64,000 nt of DNA. Origin: Flexilinea sp. (GTDB lineage: Bacteria > Bacteroidota > Bacteroidia > Bacteroidales > Paludibacteraceae). A program made the translations under genes and the position numbers. Below, one piece after another: positions 38,888 through 47,253 of this stretch (positions are counted from its first letter, which is position 1; each line of letters begins with the position of its first letter). The notes beneath the pieces are model-generated. The model had not been told where the DNA came from. It did not search any database and saw nothing but the letters and a program-made list of their open reading frames with translations. The stretch covers positions 4,495-68,494 of the forward strand of contig CAVHRT010000001.1 in assembly GCA_963638355.1 (NCBI GenBank). Direction: 5' to 3'.

Positions 38888-39576
38888 TATGCTGCAGCAA
38901 GTGTGAAGACTGAAATCCGCGCTGTGGGCGTTTGCTCCAAAATGGCTTCGGCACAAGCAATGAGCGTGGAACCTGTGGTCAGTACATCGTCAACTATCAG
39001 AATGCGCTTATCGGCAAAAAGCGCTGCATCGTGCACCGCAAAAATGCCCTTGGTGTTTTCCCAACGCTCGTAGACCGATTTTTTGGTCTGCGTCGGATTT
39101 TCGATAGCGCGGTAGAGGTTGGTGGTCTCCACGGGCGCACCCATCACTGCCGACAAACCCTGCGCAATGCATTCGGCCTGATTGTAGCCGCGTTTGGCAA
39201 ATTTTTTCGGGTGCAGTGGCACTGGCACAATGTAGTCGAAGTCCCTAAAATCGGGCGACTCCATTATTTCCGAAGCGGCATATTTGGCAATGTTGTAACC
39301 AATGTCGGTGCCGTTTTTGTACTTCAGTTGGTGCAAAATGGTGCGATATTTCGATCCTTTCTGAAAATAGTAGAACGATGTGGCGCGCTCAATTTCTGCT
39401 TTGCCCCAAAAGCGTTTCTCTAGCTGATTGTCGCGTTCAAGATGCAGATTGGTGCGCGGCAAGTGTAGCAGACAATCCATACAAATGCTCTCTTCGCCCA
39501 CAGTCAGCACTTTACCGCAAGCACAACAGAGGTTTGGGTAAAAAATGTCGATTAAATGGGCAAAAAGGCGTTTCAT
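38887..39576 (-). CDS. comF: ComF family protein (phosphoribosyltransferase domain)
   Basis: An N-terminal Cys-rich zinc-finger-like CCACG...C.DC is followed by the PRT motif ILIVDDVLTTGSTL. Confidence 0.85.
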   Translation of the reverse strand: MKRLFAHLIDIFYPNLCCACGKVLTVGEESICMDCLLHLPRTNLHLERDNQLEKRFWGKAEIERATSFYYFQKGSKYRTILHQLKYKNGTDIGYNIAKYAASEIMESPDFRDFDYIVPVPLHPKKFAKRGYNQAECIAQGLSAVMGAPVETTNLYRAIENPTQTKKSVYERWENTKGIFAVHDAALFADKRILIVDDVLTTGSTLIACAEAILEQTPTARISVFTLAAA

Positions 39577-39601
39577 TTCTTCTTCAAACTATGACTTTTG
39601 A

Positions 39602-39961
39602 TTAAGCGAATAATCCGATAATTTTTGGCAAAAACACGATCACTCCAACGCAGGCAGCGGCAATGGCGCATGCCAAAACTGCTCCAGCGGCGATGTCTTT
39701 GATTGCGCGGATTTTTTCGTTGAGATTTGGTTCGACTACATCGCACAATTTTTCGATGGCGGTATTCACCATTTCTGCCGAAATCACCAAGCCGCAGCAG
39801 AGTAGCACTGCCGCCCATTCCATCGGTGAAATTTGTAGCACAAAACCTGCCACCACTACGCACACCGCAGCCACAGCGTGGAACTTCATGTTCCTTTCGC
39901 TCCTAACAGCGGCCAAAATGCCGCGCCATGCGTACATAAATCCCTTCAGAAACTTCTTCAT
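39602..39961 (-). CDS. dgkA: diacylglycerol kinase family protein
   Basis: 119 aa with 3 TM helices. Contains FKGFMYAWRGILAAVRSERNMKFH and AIE.L.D. Confidence 0.85.
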   Translation of the reverse strand: MKKFLKGFMYAWRGILAAVRSERNMKFHAVAAVCVVVAGFVLQISPMEWAAVLLCCGLVISAEMVNTAIEKLCDVVEPNLNEKIRAIKDIAAGAVLACAIAAACVGVIVFLPKIIGLFA

Positions 39962-40005
39962 TTTTTCAATTGCAGTGCTCCAACAATCTGAAATTTGAAA
40001 TCACT

Positions 40006-41505
40006 TTACTCTGTAAAGTGATGGTACGGCATCATCTTCTCCACCTCTTTTGCAATCTCTTTGGCGCGATTGGTCAGAAAATCGGCCATGGCCCAGCCGT
40101 AAATTTTCTTCTCTTTTGCCAATTTGTCGAGGTCGGCGTTGGTCATTTTTTTGTCGTGATTTACTAACTCTTTCTCGTCGGGGCGGCTCTGCGGATCGCC
40201 ACGATAGGTCACAATCTCGGTGCCGACTTCGCTCACGGTGTAGCGACCAGCCTTCTCTATCTGACCAGCCTTGGCATCTTGGCGCAAATCGATCACGCCA
40301 AAGGTGTAATCAATCTCCATCACCGATTCAATCGTGAATTTGTGCACTTTGCCATGATACATATTAAAGTCCTCTGTACCAGTGGTTTGCGATTTGCCTT
40401 TGTTGTAATCTTTCTCACTGATTGCCTTCTCGCTTACTACGCCATCTTTGGTAATGCGCTGCATATATTTCACCACCTCTCTGTCGACATTCGATTTGTT
40501 GTGAGCGTATTTGTAATGACCAAATTTTTCCGAATCGTAGGTGAAAATGAGCGCGCAGCGATGATTTTTCAGCGAATCGAGTGGCAGACCTTGTAACGTT
40601 TCGAAATCGTAATAATCGGGGAAGGCGTTGCGCAAGGTTTTCAGCGTTTTTGCGTCGAGATTGAGTGCGGTGTTGGTCACGCTATCGACTATGGCCACAC
40701 TCAGCACACCGCGTTTGTATGCCAATTTTTCTTTCTCTACCGAATTGCCAAAATCGCCTGCCAGAGCGTAGTAGCGAGCGGCATCGTATTGTGCTTGATA
40801 GCGCTCTTTACCGAAAAGTGCCTCGGCTTTGTCGAAAAATAGGTTTTGCAGCCGCACGCGGTCGGGAGTGATGCGCGCCACCATGGCCGAGTCGCCTTCG
40901 TGCCGTGCAATGATGGCGTTGAACAGACCGAGTGCCTCAATCTGGTCAGTCTCTTTGTTCGATTGTGCAAGGGTGTGAGCGTAGGGCAGTTCCACGCTGT
41001 CGCGATAGTTCACAATGTTGGCGGCGTAGATGGTGTCGTATTTGTTGGCTTTCTCCATGGTGGCGAGACCAATCTGTTTCTGCTCCATCTTTTTGCTCGA
41101 TTCGCACTGTTTGCGACCTTCATCGTAGTAGTATTTGGCGGCGTGTGCGCGAATGTCGGTCTGCAGCGAATCGTAGTTCACATGCTCCACGGCAGTCCAT
41201 TTGCCCTCTTGCACAAGGCGTTCCATGCGCGTTTGCAGGTCGGCCCAGAGGTGACATTCGTCGGCCATCTTCACATAGTTTTCTGGTTTTTTCTGCGCTG
41301 CGGCTTGCAGTGTTGCAATCTCTTTCAAAGCCTTTGCGTAGATGCCTTTCAGAGCTTTTTGCTCTTTTTTCAGCTGTTTCTTGTTGGTTTCGAAGCTCAC
41401 TTTTTCGGCTTGCGAAAGTGCGTCGTTCACCGCCTGTTGTGCTTCGATGGCTTGCATTGGCACCAACATGGCTGCCGCAACAAGCGCAATGATTGTTCTT
41501 TTCAT
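40006..41505 (-). CDS. secreted hypothetical protein
   Basis: 499 aa. Signal peptide MKRTIIALVAAAMLVPMQAIEAQ, a Lys/Glu/Ala-rich helical N-terminal third, then a mixed domain. No family was recognised. Confidence 0.6.
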   Translation of the reverse strand: MKRTIIALVAAAMLVPMQAIEAQQAVNDALSQAEKVSFETNKKQLKKEQKALKGIYAKALKEIATLQAAAQKKPENYVKMADECHLWADLQTRMERLVQEGKWTAVEHVNYDSLQTDIRAHAAKYYYDEGRKQCESSKKMEQKQIGLATMEKANKYDTIYAANIVNYRDSVELPYAHTLAQSNKETDQIEALGLFNAIIARHEGDSAMVARITPDRVRLQNLFFDKAEALFGKERYQAQYDAARYYALAGDFGNSVEKEKLAYKRGVLSVAIVDSVTNTALNLDAKTLKTLRNAFPDYYDFETLQGLPLDSLKNHRCALIFTYDSEKFGHYKYAHNKSNVDREVVKYMQRITKDGVVSEKAISEKDYNKGKSQTTGTEDFNMYHGKVHKFTIESVMEIDYTFGVIDLRQDAKAGQIEKAGRYTVSEVGTEIVTYRGDPQSRPDEKELVNHDKKMTNADLDKLAKEKKIYGWAMADFLTNRAKEIAKEVEKMMPYHHFTE

Positions 41506-41628
41506 AATAGGAATGATTTTTTTTAGTTTATCAAGTTTGTAAAGTTTCGTTCAAAATCCTCGATGAAATGATTTGTTAAGATGTATCAAATCGGTATCAA
41601 TTTTCTCTTTCAAAAAAAAATGAAAATT

Positions 41629-41684
41629 CCGCCATTTCATCGGAAAAAATCGCGGTTTGCTTATTTAGACTCAATCTAAACAAG
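41629..41684 (+). repeat. intergenic repeat element, copy 2 (CCGCCATTTCATCGG box + 15 nt + hairpin module)
   Basis: ccgccatttcatcggaaaaaatc is identical over 23 nt to 8077-8099. gcttatttagactcaatctaaacaag is the exact reverse complement of 9922-9947. Confidence 0.65.
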
Positions 41685-41729
41685 GTTCCGCCGATTATTA
41701 TTCACTATTCATTTTTTATTGTTTATTTT

Positions 41730-43823
41730 TTACGAAATGACTCCCCAGTTTATGGTGGTTTTTGTGAGTTTTGCGAGTTGCAAATTTAAGCATTTATTTT
41801 CGTCTGATGACAAATCTGGATCGGTTTCGAGCAGATTGTGTGCAATGGTGCGCGCGGCTTGCAGTATTTTGCCGTCGCTGGCGAGGTTGGCTATTTTCAG
41901 GTCGAATGGCAATCCGCTCTGAATGGTGCCGTCGATGTCGCCCGGCCCGCGCAGGTTCATGTCAGCTTCGGCTATCACAAAACCATCGGTCGAGTCGACC
42001 ATTATCTGCAGTCGGCGGCGCGTGTCGTTGGCCAGTTCGTAGCGCGACATCAGTATGCAATAGCTCTGGTCGGCGCCGCGCCCCACGCGACCGCGCAGTT
42101 GGTGCAGTTGCGCCAAACCAAAACGCTCGGCATTTTCTATCACCATCACGCTGGCATTTGGCACATTCACGCCCACTTCTATCACCGTGGTGGCGACCAT
42201 TATCTGCGTTTTTCCCGCTACAAAATCGTTCATTTCGCGCTCTTTGTCGGCTGGTTTCATCTTGCCATGAACCATGCTGATGCGGTAGTTCGGGAAGGTG
42301 GCGCGCACTTGCTGAAAACCGTTTTCGAGGTCTTTCAGGTCGAGTTTTTCGGACTCTTGAATGAGCGGATAGACTATGTAGACTTGCCTGCCAGCGTCTA
42401 TTTGTTTTGCCAAAAAGCGATTCAGCGCATCGCGTTTGTTGTCGAACAGATGATATGTGGCAATGGGTTTGCGTCCGGGTGGTAGCTCGTCAATCACCGA
42501 CACATCGAGGTCGCCGTAGATGGTCATGGCCAGTGTGCGCGGAATGGGCGTGGCGGTCATCACCAAGATGTGCGGCGGCTGAATGTTTTTGCTCCAGAGT
42601 TTGGCGCGTTGAGCCACGCCAAAGCGGTGTTGCTCGTCGATCACTACAAGTCCGAGGTTTTTGAAAACCACCGAATCTTCGATGAGTGCGTGCGTTCCGA
42701 TGAGCAGTTGCAGCGTGCCATCTTGCAGCTCTTGGGCAATCACGGCGCGCTCCGATTTTTTTGTAGAACCCGTGAGCAATCGCACATTCAGCCCAATTTT
42801 TTCGACCTGTTTCGAGATGGATTGAAAATGTTGCGTAGCCAAAATTTCGGTCGGCGCCATAATGCAGGCCTGAAAACCGTTGTCGATGGCAATGAGCGCG
42901 GTCATTAGTGCCACCATGGTTTTGCCGCTGCCCACATCGCCTTGCAGCAGACGGTTCATCTGTTTGCCCGAGGCAAGGTCGGCGCGAATCTCTTTGATCA
43001 CGCGCTTTTGCGCTCCAGTGAGTTCAAATGGCAGACATTCGCGGTAGAAACGATTGAAATTTTGCCCGATTTTACCGAGAATATAGCCTTGATATTTCAA
43101 CTCGCGCAGTTTCGTTTGGCGGATGATGCTGAGCTGAATGAAGAAGAGTTCTTCGAATTTCAGTCGGCGTTGTGCTTGCTCGAGCAGTTGTAGATTTTTC
43201 GGAAAATGAATGTTGCGAATGGCCTGATCGCGCGGCATCAGCGCGTACTTTTTGATGAGCGATGGCGGCAATGTTTCGGGAATTTGCAGGTTTGGATCGG
43301 ACAAGGCGGTGTAGATGAGTTTGCGCAGCGCGGCCGAGTTCAGAAACGATGATTTCATCTTCTCGGTGGTGTTGTAGTGCGCTTGCCAGCCTTGCGTTTT
43401 TTGCTGATTTTCGTCGGTGAGCGGGTCAATTTCGGGGTGGGCAATGTTGAACATGCGCCCGTAGCGTTGTGGCTTGCCGAAAATGATGTACCACTGCCCA
43501 ATGCGGTATTTGTCCTCCACATATTTCAGCCCTTTGAACCAGACGAGTTCCATTGCGCCCGTGCCATCGCTGATGGTGGCAACGAGGCGTTGCGAGCGAC
43601 CTTCGCCTTTCTTCTCAAACCGAACGATTTGCGCCTTCAGCTGAATGAGTGGCATGGTTTCGTTTACTTCGGCAATGGAGTAGAAGCGGCTGCGATCGAT
43701 GTGTTTGTAGGGAAAATAGGTGATGAGATCTTCGACGGTGCGAATGCCGAGTTCACCCGTAAGCGTAAGTGCGCGCTTGGGACCAACTCCTGGCAGATAC
43801 ATTATGTCGGTATTTAGCACCAT
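41730..43823 (-). CDS. recG: ATP-dependent DNA helicase RecG
   Basis: 697 aa. Wedge domain plus helicase motifs (LLQGDVGSGKT, VIDEQHRFG, MTATPIPRT, QLHQLRGRVGRG). Confidence 0.95.
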   Translation of the reverse strand: MVLNTDIMYLPGVGPKRALTLTGELGIRTVEDLITYFPYKHIDRSRFYSIAEVNETMPLIQLKAQIVRFEKKGEGRSQRLVATISDGTGAMELVWFKGLKYVEDKYRIGQWYIIFGKPQRYGRMFNIAHPEIDPLTDENQQKTQGWQAHYNTTEKMKSSFLNSAALRKLIYTALSDPNLQIPETLPPSLIKKYALMPRDQAIRNIHFPKNLQLLEQAQRRLKFEELFFIQLSIIRQTKLRELKYQGYILGKIGQNFNRFYRECLPFELTGAQKRVIKEIRADLASGKQMNRLLQGDVGSGKTMVALMTALIAIDNGFQACIMAPTEILATQHFQSISKQVEKIGLNVRLLTGSTKKSERAVIAQELQDGTLQLLIGTHALIEDSVVFKNLGLVVIDEQHRFGVAQRAKLWSKNIQPPHILVMTATPIPRTLAMTIYGDLDVSVIDELPPGRKPIATYHLFDNKRDALNRFLAKQIDAGRQVYIVYPLIQESEKLDLKDLENGFQQVRATFPNYRISMVHGKMKPADKEREMNDFVAGKTQIMVATTVIEVGVNVPNASVMVIENAERFGLAQLHQLRGRVGRGADQSYCILMSRYELANDTRRRLQIMVDSTDGFVIAEADMNLRGPGDIDGTIQSGLPFDLKIANLASDGKILQAARTIAHNLLETDPDLSSDENKCLNLQLAKLTKTTINWGVIS

Positions 43824-43882
43824 CGAATGACGAATTTTTCTCGATGAAAAGGCGCATTTCTCGATTTTTCGGAGGTGAAAAA

Positions 43883-44884
43883 TCAGTTGTTGCGTTCAAG
43901 GGCAAAGTCGAGTAGCGCGGCCAGAGCATTGCGGGCATCGTTTTCGGAGAAAATGGCCAAACAATCGAGCGCTTTTGCCCGAAAATAGTCCATTTTTTTG
44001 TTGGCATAGTCGATGCCGCCATTTTGCAAAACGAATTGCTGAATCCAAGTGCCATTTTCGGCGATTTCATCGGCATTTTTTGCTATATCGACAATGCGTT
44101 TTTTCGCGGTTTCATCGGCATTTTTTATGGCTTGAATTATCGGTAAAGTGAATTTGCCTTCGCGCAGATCGTTGAGCGTGGGTTTGCCGATGTTGGCTTG
44201 CGGTGTGTAGTCGAAAATGTCGTCTTTTATCTGGAAACAGATGCCAAGATTTTCGCCAAAATGTTGCAGCGCATCAACTTTTTCGGGCGATGCTCCTGCC
44301 GACAGTGCGCCAGCCAAGGCACAATGCGCAAAAAGTGAGGCGGTTTTCAGGCGAATTATCTCGTAGTAGACCGATTCGTCGGCCAAAGTGAAGGCGTTTT
44401 GTTGTTGCAAAAGTTCGCCGCGCGTGGTATCTTTGCCCAGTTCCACAAGACAGCGCATCAAATCCATGCTTTCGGTGCGCGACATAAATCCCATCGACTT
44501 GGTGAGCAGATAGTCGCCTACGAGTACGGCCGTTTGGTTGCCAAAGCGCGCATTCACCGATGGGAGTCCGCGGCGTTGATCGGTGCAGTCCACCACATCG
44601 TCGTGGAGCAGGCTGGCGGTGTGCAGCACTTCGAACGAGGCTGCCGCCAAGTGGGTGCGAGCGTTTATCTGTCCTGCCACTTGTGCCGATAGCAGCGTGA
44701 GTGTGGGGCGCAGTTGTTTGCCTTTGCTTTTGGCTACATGGCTCAAGGCCGATTGCAACAGAGCATCGGGCGAGTCGAACGCAGTGTCGAGCAATGCCTC
44801 GAAACGCTGCCATTCGTCGGCTAGTGGTTTGCGTATTTCGTTCAAATCGGCCATTGGTGGCGGTAGAATTTTTTCAGAGTGCAA
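43883..44884 (-). CDS. ispB: polyprenyl (octaprenyl-type) diphosphate synthase
   Basis: LLHDDVVD (first DDxxD) and FQIKDDIFD (second DDxxD). An alternative start at 44854 (MADLNEI...) is possible. Confidence 0.85.
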   Translation of the reverse strand: MHSEKILPPPMADLNEIRKPLADEWQRFEALLDTAFDSPDALLQSALSHVAKSKGKQLRPTLTLLSAQVAGQINARTHLAAASFEVLHTASLLHDDVVDCTDQRRGLPSVNARFGNQTAVLVGDYLLTKSMGFMSRTESMDLMRCLVELGKDTTRGELLQQQNAFTLADESVYYEIIRLKTASLFAHCALAGALSAGASPEKVDALQHFGENLGICFQIKDDIFDYTPQANIGKPTLNDLREGKFTLPIIQAIKNADETAKKRIVDIAKNADEIAENGTWIQQFVLQNGGIDYANKKMDYFRAKALDCLAIFSENDARNALAALLDFALERNN

Positions 44885-44902
44885 AAGTACGAAAAAAATT
44901 GC

Positions 44903-46915
44903 TTACTTTCCAAGTAGTTGTTTTTCGAGTTTCAACAATTCGTCGCGATATTGGGCGGCCTCGATGAAGTTGAGATCTTTGGCGGCTTTCTCCATCAGGC
45001 GGCGAGTATGCTCTATGGCTTTCTCCAAGGCTTGTGGCGTCATCGATTTCACTACTGGGTCGGCGGCGAGGCTCGCAACTTCGGGTTCTACGTAGTAGTC
45101 GACGGGCTGCGGCTGTTTTTGCGGAGCGAGCGACGAGATGCCATTTTTCACAATCGGCGTTGGCGTGATGTGATGCTCCTCGTTGTAGCGCAACTGCTTT
45201 TCGCGGCGGCGGTTGGTCTCGTCGATGGTGCGCTGCATGCTCTCGGTGATGGTGTCGGCATACATAATCACTTTGCCGTTCACATTGCGGGCAGCGCGAC
45301 CCGCCGTTTGTGTGAGCGAGCGATGATTGCGCAAAAATCCCTCTTTGTCGGCATCGAGAATGGCAACGAGCGACACTTGCGGCAGGTCCAAGCCTTCGCG
45401 CAGAAGATTGATGCCAATCAGCACATCGAAAAGCCCGTTGCGCAGGTCGTTCAAAATCTCCACACGTTCCAATGTTTCGATGTCGGAGTGAATGTAGCGA
45501 CAACGTACGCCCATTTTTGTGAAATATTTGTCCAACTCCTCGGCCATGCGTTTGGTGAGTGTGGTCACTAGCACGCGCTCGTCTTTTTCGGCACGCTGCG
45601 CAATCTCCTCTAGCAGATCGTCTATCTGGTTCAGGCTTGGGCGCACTTCGATGATGGGGTCGAGCAGTCCCGTTGGGCGAATGACCTGTTCCACCACCAC
45701 GCCTTCCGATTTTTGCAGTTCGTAGTCGGCGGGTGTGGCGCTTACATAGATGGCAGTATGCACAAGACTTTCGAACTCTTCGAATTTCAGCGGACGATTG
45801 TCGAGCGCGGCAGGCAGACGAAATCCGTAATCTACCAGATTTTGCTTGCGCGAACGGTCGCCGCCAAACATGGCGTGAACCTGCGGCAGTGTCACATGGC
45901 TCTCGTCGACAAAAAGCAGAAAATCTTTTGGAAAATAGTCGAGAAGACAGAATGGTCGCGTGCCGGGTTGCCGTCCATCGAAGTAGCGCGAATAGTTCTC
46001 CACGCCAGAGCAGTAACCCACTTCGCGTATCATTTCGAGGTCGTAATTCACCCTCTCTTCGAGGCGTTTGGCTTCGTATGGTTTTCCCATTTCGCGCAAC
46101 TCTTCGGTGCGTTTCCCGAGGTCTATTGCTATCTGGTCGATGGCGGTGTTGATGCGTTCGCGAGTGGTTACGAAAATGTTGGCAGGGTAGATGTTGAATG
46201 CATCGAAACGCTCGATGGTGTGGTTGCTGGCAGGGTCGATGGCTTCGATGCTTTCTACCTCATCGTCCCAAAAGATGATGCGCAAAATGTAGTCTGTGTA
46301 GGCCAGAAAAATGTCTACTGTGTCGCCTTTTGCGCGGAAATTGCCGTGGTTCAGATCTATCTCGTTGCGTGTGTAGAGCCCGTCGACCAAGCGGCGCAAA
46401 AGGTCGTCGCGGAGCAGGCGTTTGCCGCACTCCACGCGAATGGCAGTGTCGTGAAAATCATCGGGATTGCCAATGCCGTAGAGGCACGAAACCGACGAGA
46501 TGACCACCACATCGCGCCGTCCCGAGAGCAGTGCCGAAGTGGTGGCGAGTCGCAATTTTTCAATCTCGCCATTGATGGCAAGGTCTTTTTCGATGTAAGT
46601 GTCGCTGCTCGGAATGTAGGCCTCGGGCTGATAGTAGTCGTAGTACGAGACGAAATATTCCACTGCATTTTCGGGGAAAAACGCTTTGAACTCGTCGTAC
46701 AGTTGCGAAGCCAGCGTCTTGTTGTGGCTCAGAATGAGCGTGGGGCGATTCAGGTTTGCCACCACATTGGCCATGGTGAAAGTCTTGCCCGAACCCGTAA
46801 CTCCCAGCAGTGTTTGAAACGGCACGCCGCTCTCGACCCCTTCGGTGAGTTGCCGAATGGCCTCGGGCTGGTCGCCTGTGGGTTTGTAGTCAGAAACGAG
46901 CTTGAATTTTCCCAT
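44903..46915 (-). CDS. uvrB: excinuclease ABC subunit B
   Basis: MGKFKLVSDYKPTGDQPEAI..LLGVTGSGKTFT and the C-terminal UVR domain (FIEAAQYRDEL). The track ORF's extra 48 N-terminal codons are rejected. Confidence 0.97.
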   Translation of the reverse strand: MGKFKLVSDYKPTGDQPEAIRQLTEGVESGVPFQTLLGVTGSGKTFTMANVVANLNRPTLILSHNKTLASQLYDEFKAFFPENAVEYFVSYYDYYQPEAYIPSSDTYIEKDLAINGEIEKLRLATTSALLSGRRDVVVISSVSCLYGIGNPDDFHDTAIRVECGKRLLRDDLLRRLVDGLYTRNEIDLNHGNFRAKGDTVDIFLAYTDYILRIIFWDDEVESIEAIDPASNHTIERFDAFNIYPANIFVTTRERINTAIDQIAIDLGKRTEELREMGKPYEAKRLEERVNYDLEMIREVGYCSGVENYSRYFDGRQPGTRPFCLLDYFPKDFLLFVDESHVTLPQVHAMFGGDRSRKQNLVDYGFRLPAALDNRPLKFEEFESLVHTAIYVSATPADYELQKSEGVVVEQVIRPTGLLDPIIEVRPSLNQIDDLLEEIAQRAEKDERVLVTTLTKRMAEELDKYFTKMGVRCRYIHSDIETLERVEILNDLRNGLFDVLIGINLLREGLDLPQVSLVAILDADKEGFLRNHRSLTQTAGRAARNVNGKVIMYADTITESMQRTIDETNRRREKQLRYNEEHHITPTPIVKNGISSLAPQKQPQPVDYYVEPEVASLAADPVVKSMTPQALEKAIEHTRRLMEKAAKDLNFIEAAQYRDELLKLEKQLLGK

Positions 46916-47000
46916 TTTCAACCGATTTTGCGAAAAAAACTGTTGATAACTTTCCGAAAAATGACGAAAATCTGACGATTTTTGCCTTTCGAAAACGCTG

Positions 47001-47008
47001 CAAAGGTA
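47001..47008 (-). promoter_or_regulatory. candidate -7 promoter box (TACCTTTG on minus strand) for uvrB
   Basis: caaaggta on the + strand, 86 nt upstream of ATG 46915. Confidence 0.3.
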
Positions 47009-47166
47009 CAATTTTTCCGAAAATCCACCATTTTTCGGGCAAAAGTTATCACCGCGCAAAGTTCATAAGTTGTTGATAACTTGGCACTTTTGTCGATAAA
47101 GTGTGCATTTTGTGCAATTTTCGCATTTTTTTTCGAGAAATACACACTATATATGGAAAAAAGTGG

Positions 47167-47174
47167 TAAATTTG
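47167..47174 (+). promoter_or_regulatory. candidate -7 promoter box (TAAATTTG) for the giant repeat-protein gene
   Basis: taaatttg lies 80 nt upstream of ATG 47254. It is the same octamer as at the cvpA and rnr candidates. Confidence 0.35.
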
Positions 47175-47253
47175 TCCGTTATATATGTTGATAACTTGCC
47201 GAGAGTGTAATTTTTCGGCTGAAAACAAAGAAAAACATCCAAAACCTGATATT

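Larger units (their letters stand above)
46941..47197 (+). promoter_or_regulatory. array of three exact TGTTGATAACTT boxes (plus one inverted AAGTTATCA half-site) upstream of the giant gene
   Basis: Exact 12-mers lie at 46941-46952, 47071-47082 and 47186-47197. The inverted 9-mer is at 47043-47051, and a degenerate copy tgtcgataaagt at 47091-47102. Confidence 0.45.

Noticed and set aside
38887-39576. comF as evidence for a competence or uptake system tied to the over-represented word.
   Set aside because: ComF-family PRT-domain proteins are nearly universal in Bacteroidota regardless of competence, so it is mentioned only as context and not as support.
45713-46975. 420-aa + strand ORF opposite uvrB. 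Similar long antisense ORFs are 378..1148 (pgk), 6877..7974 (galK), 16017..17474 (rnr), 20976..21932 (deoC), 29546..32716 (M16 peptidase) and 11956..12615 (eptA-like).
   Set aside because: Each lies entirely inside, and antisense to, a gene with unmistakable family motifs. The translations are low-complexity and have no recognisable domains.
46941-47197. oriC-like DnaA-box cluster (TTATCAACA x3 as the reverse complement of the 12-mer).
   Set aside because: Every copy carries the same mismatch to TTATNCACA. There is no adjacent AT-rich unwinding element with 13-mer-like repeats and no dnaA/dnaN nearby. The boxes extend to a longer exact 12-mer, which fits a dedicated regulator better.
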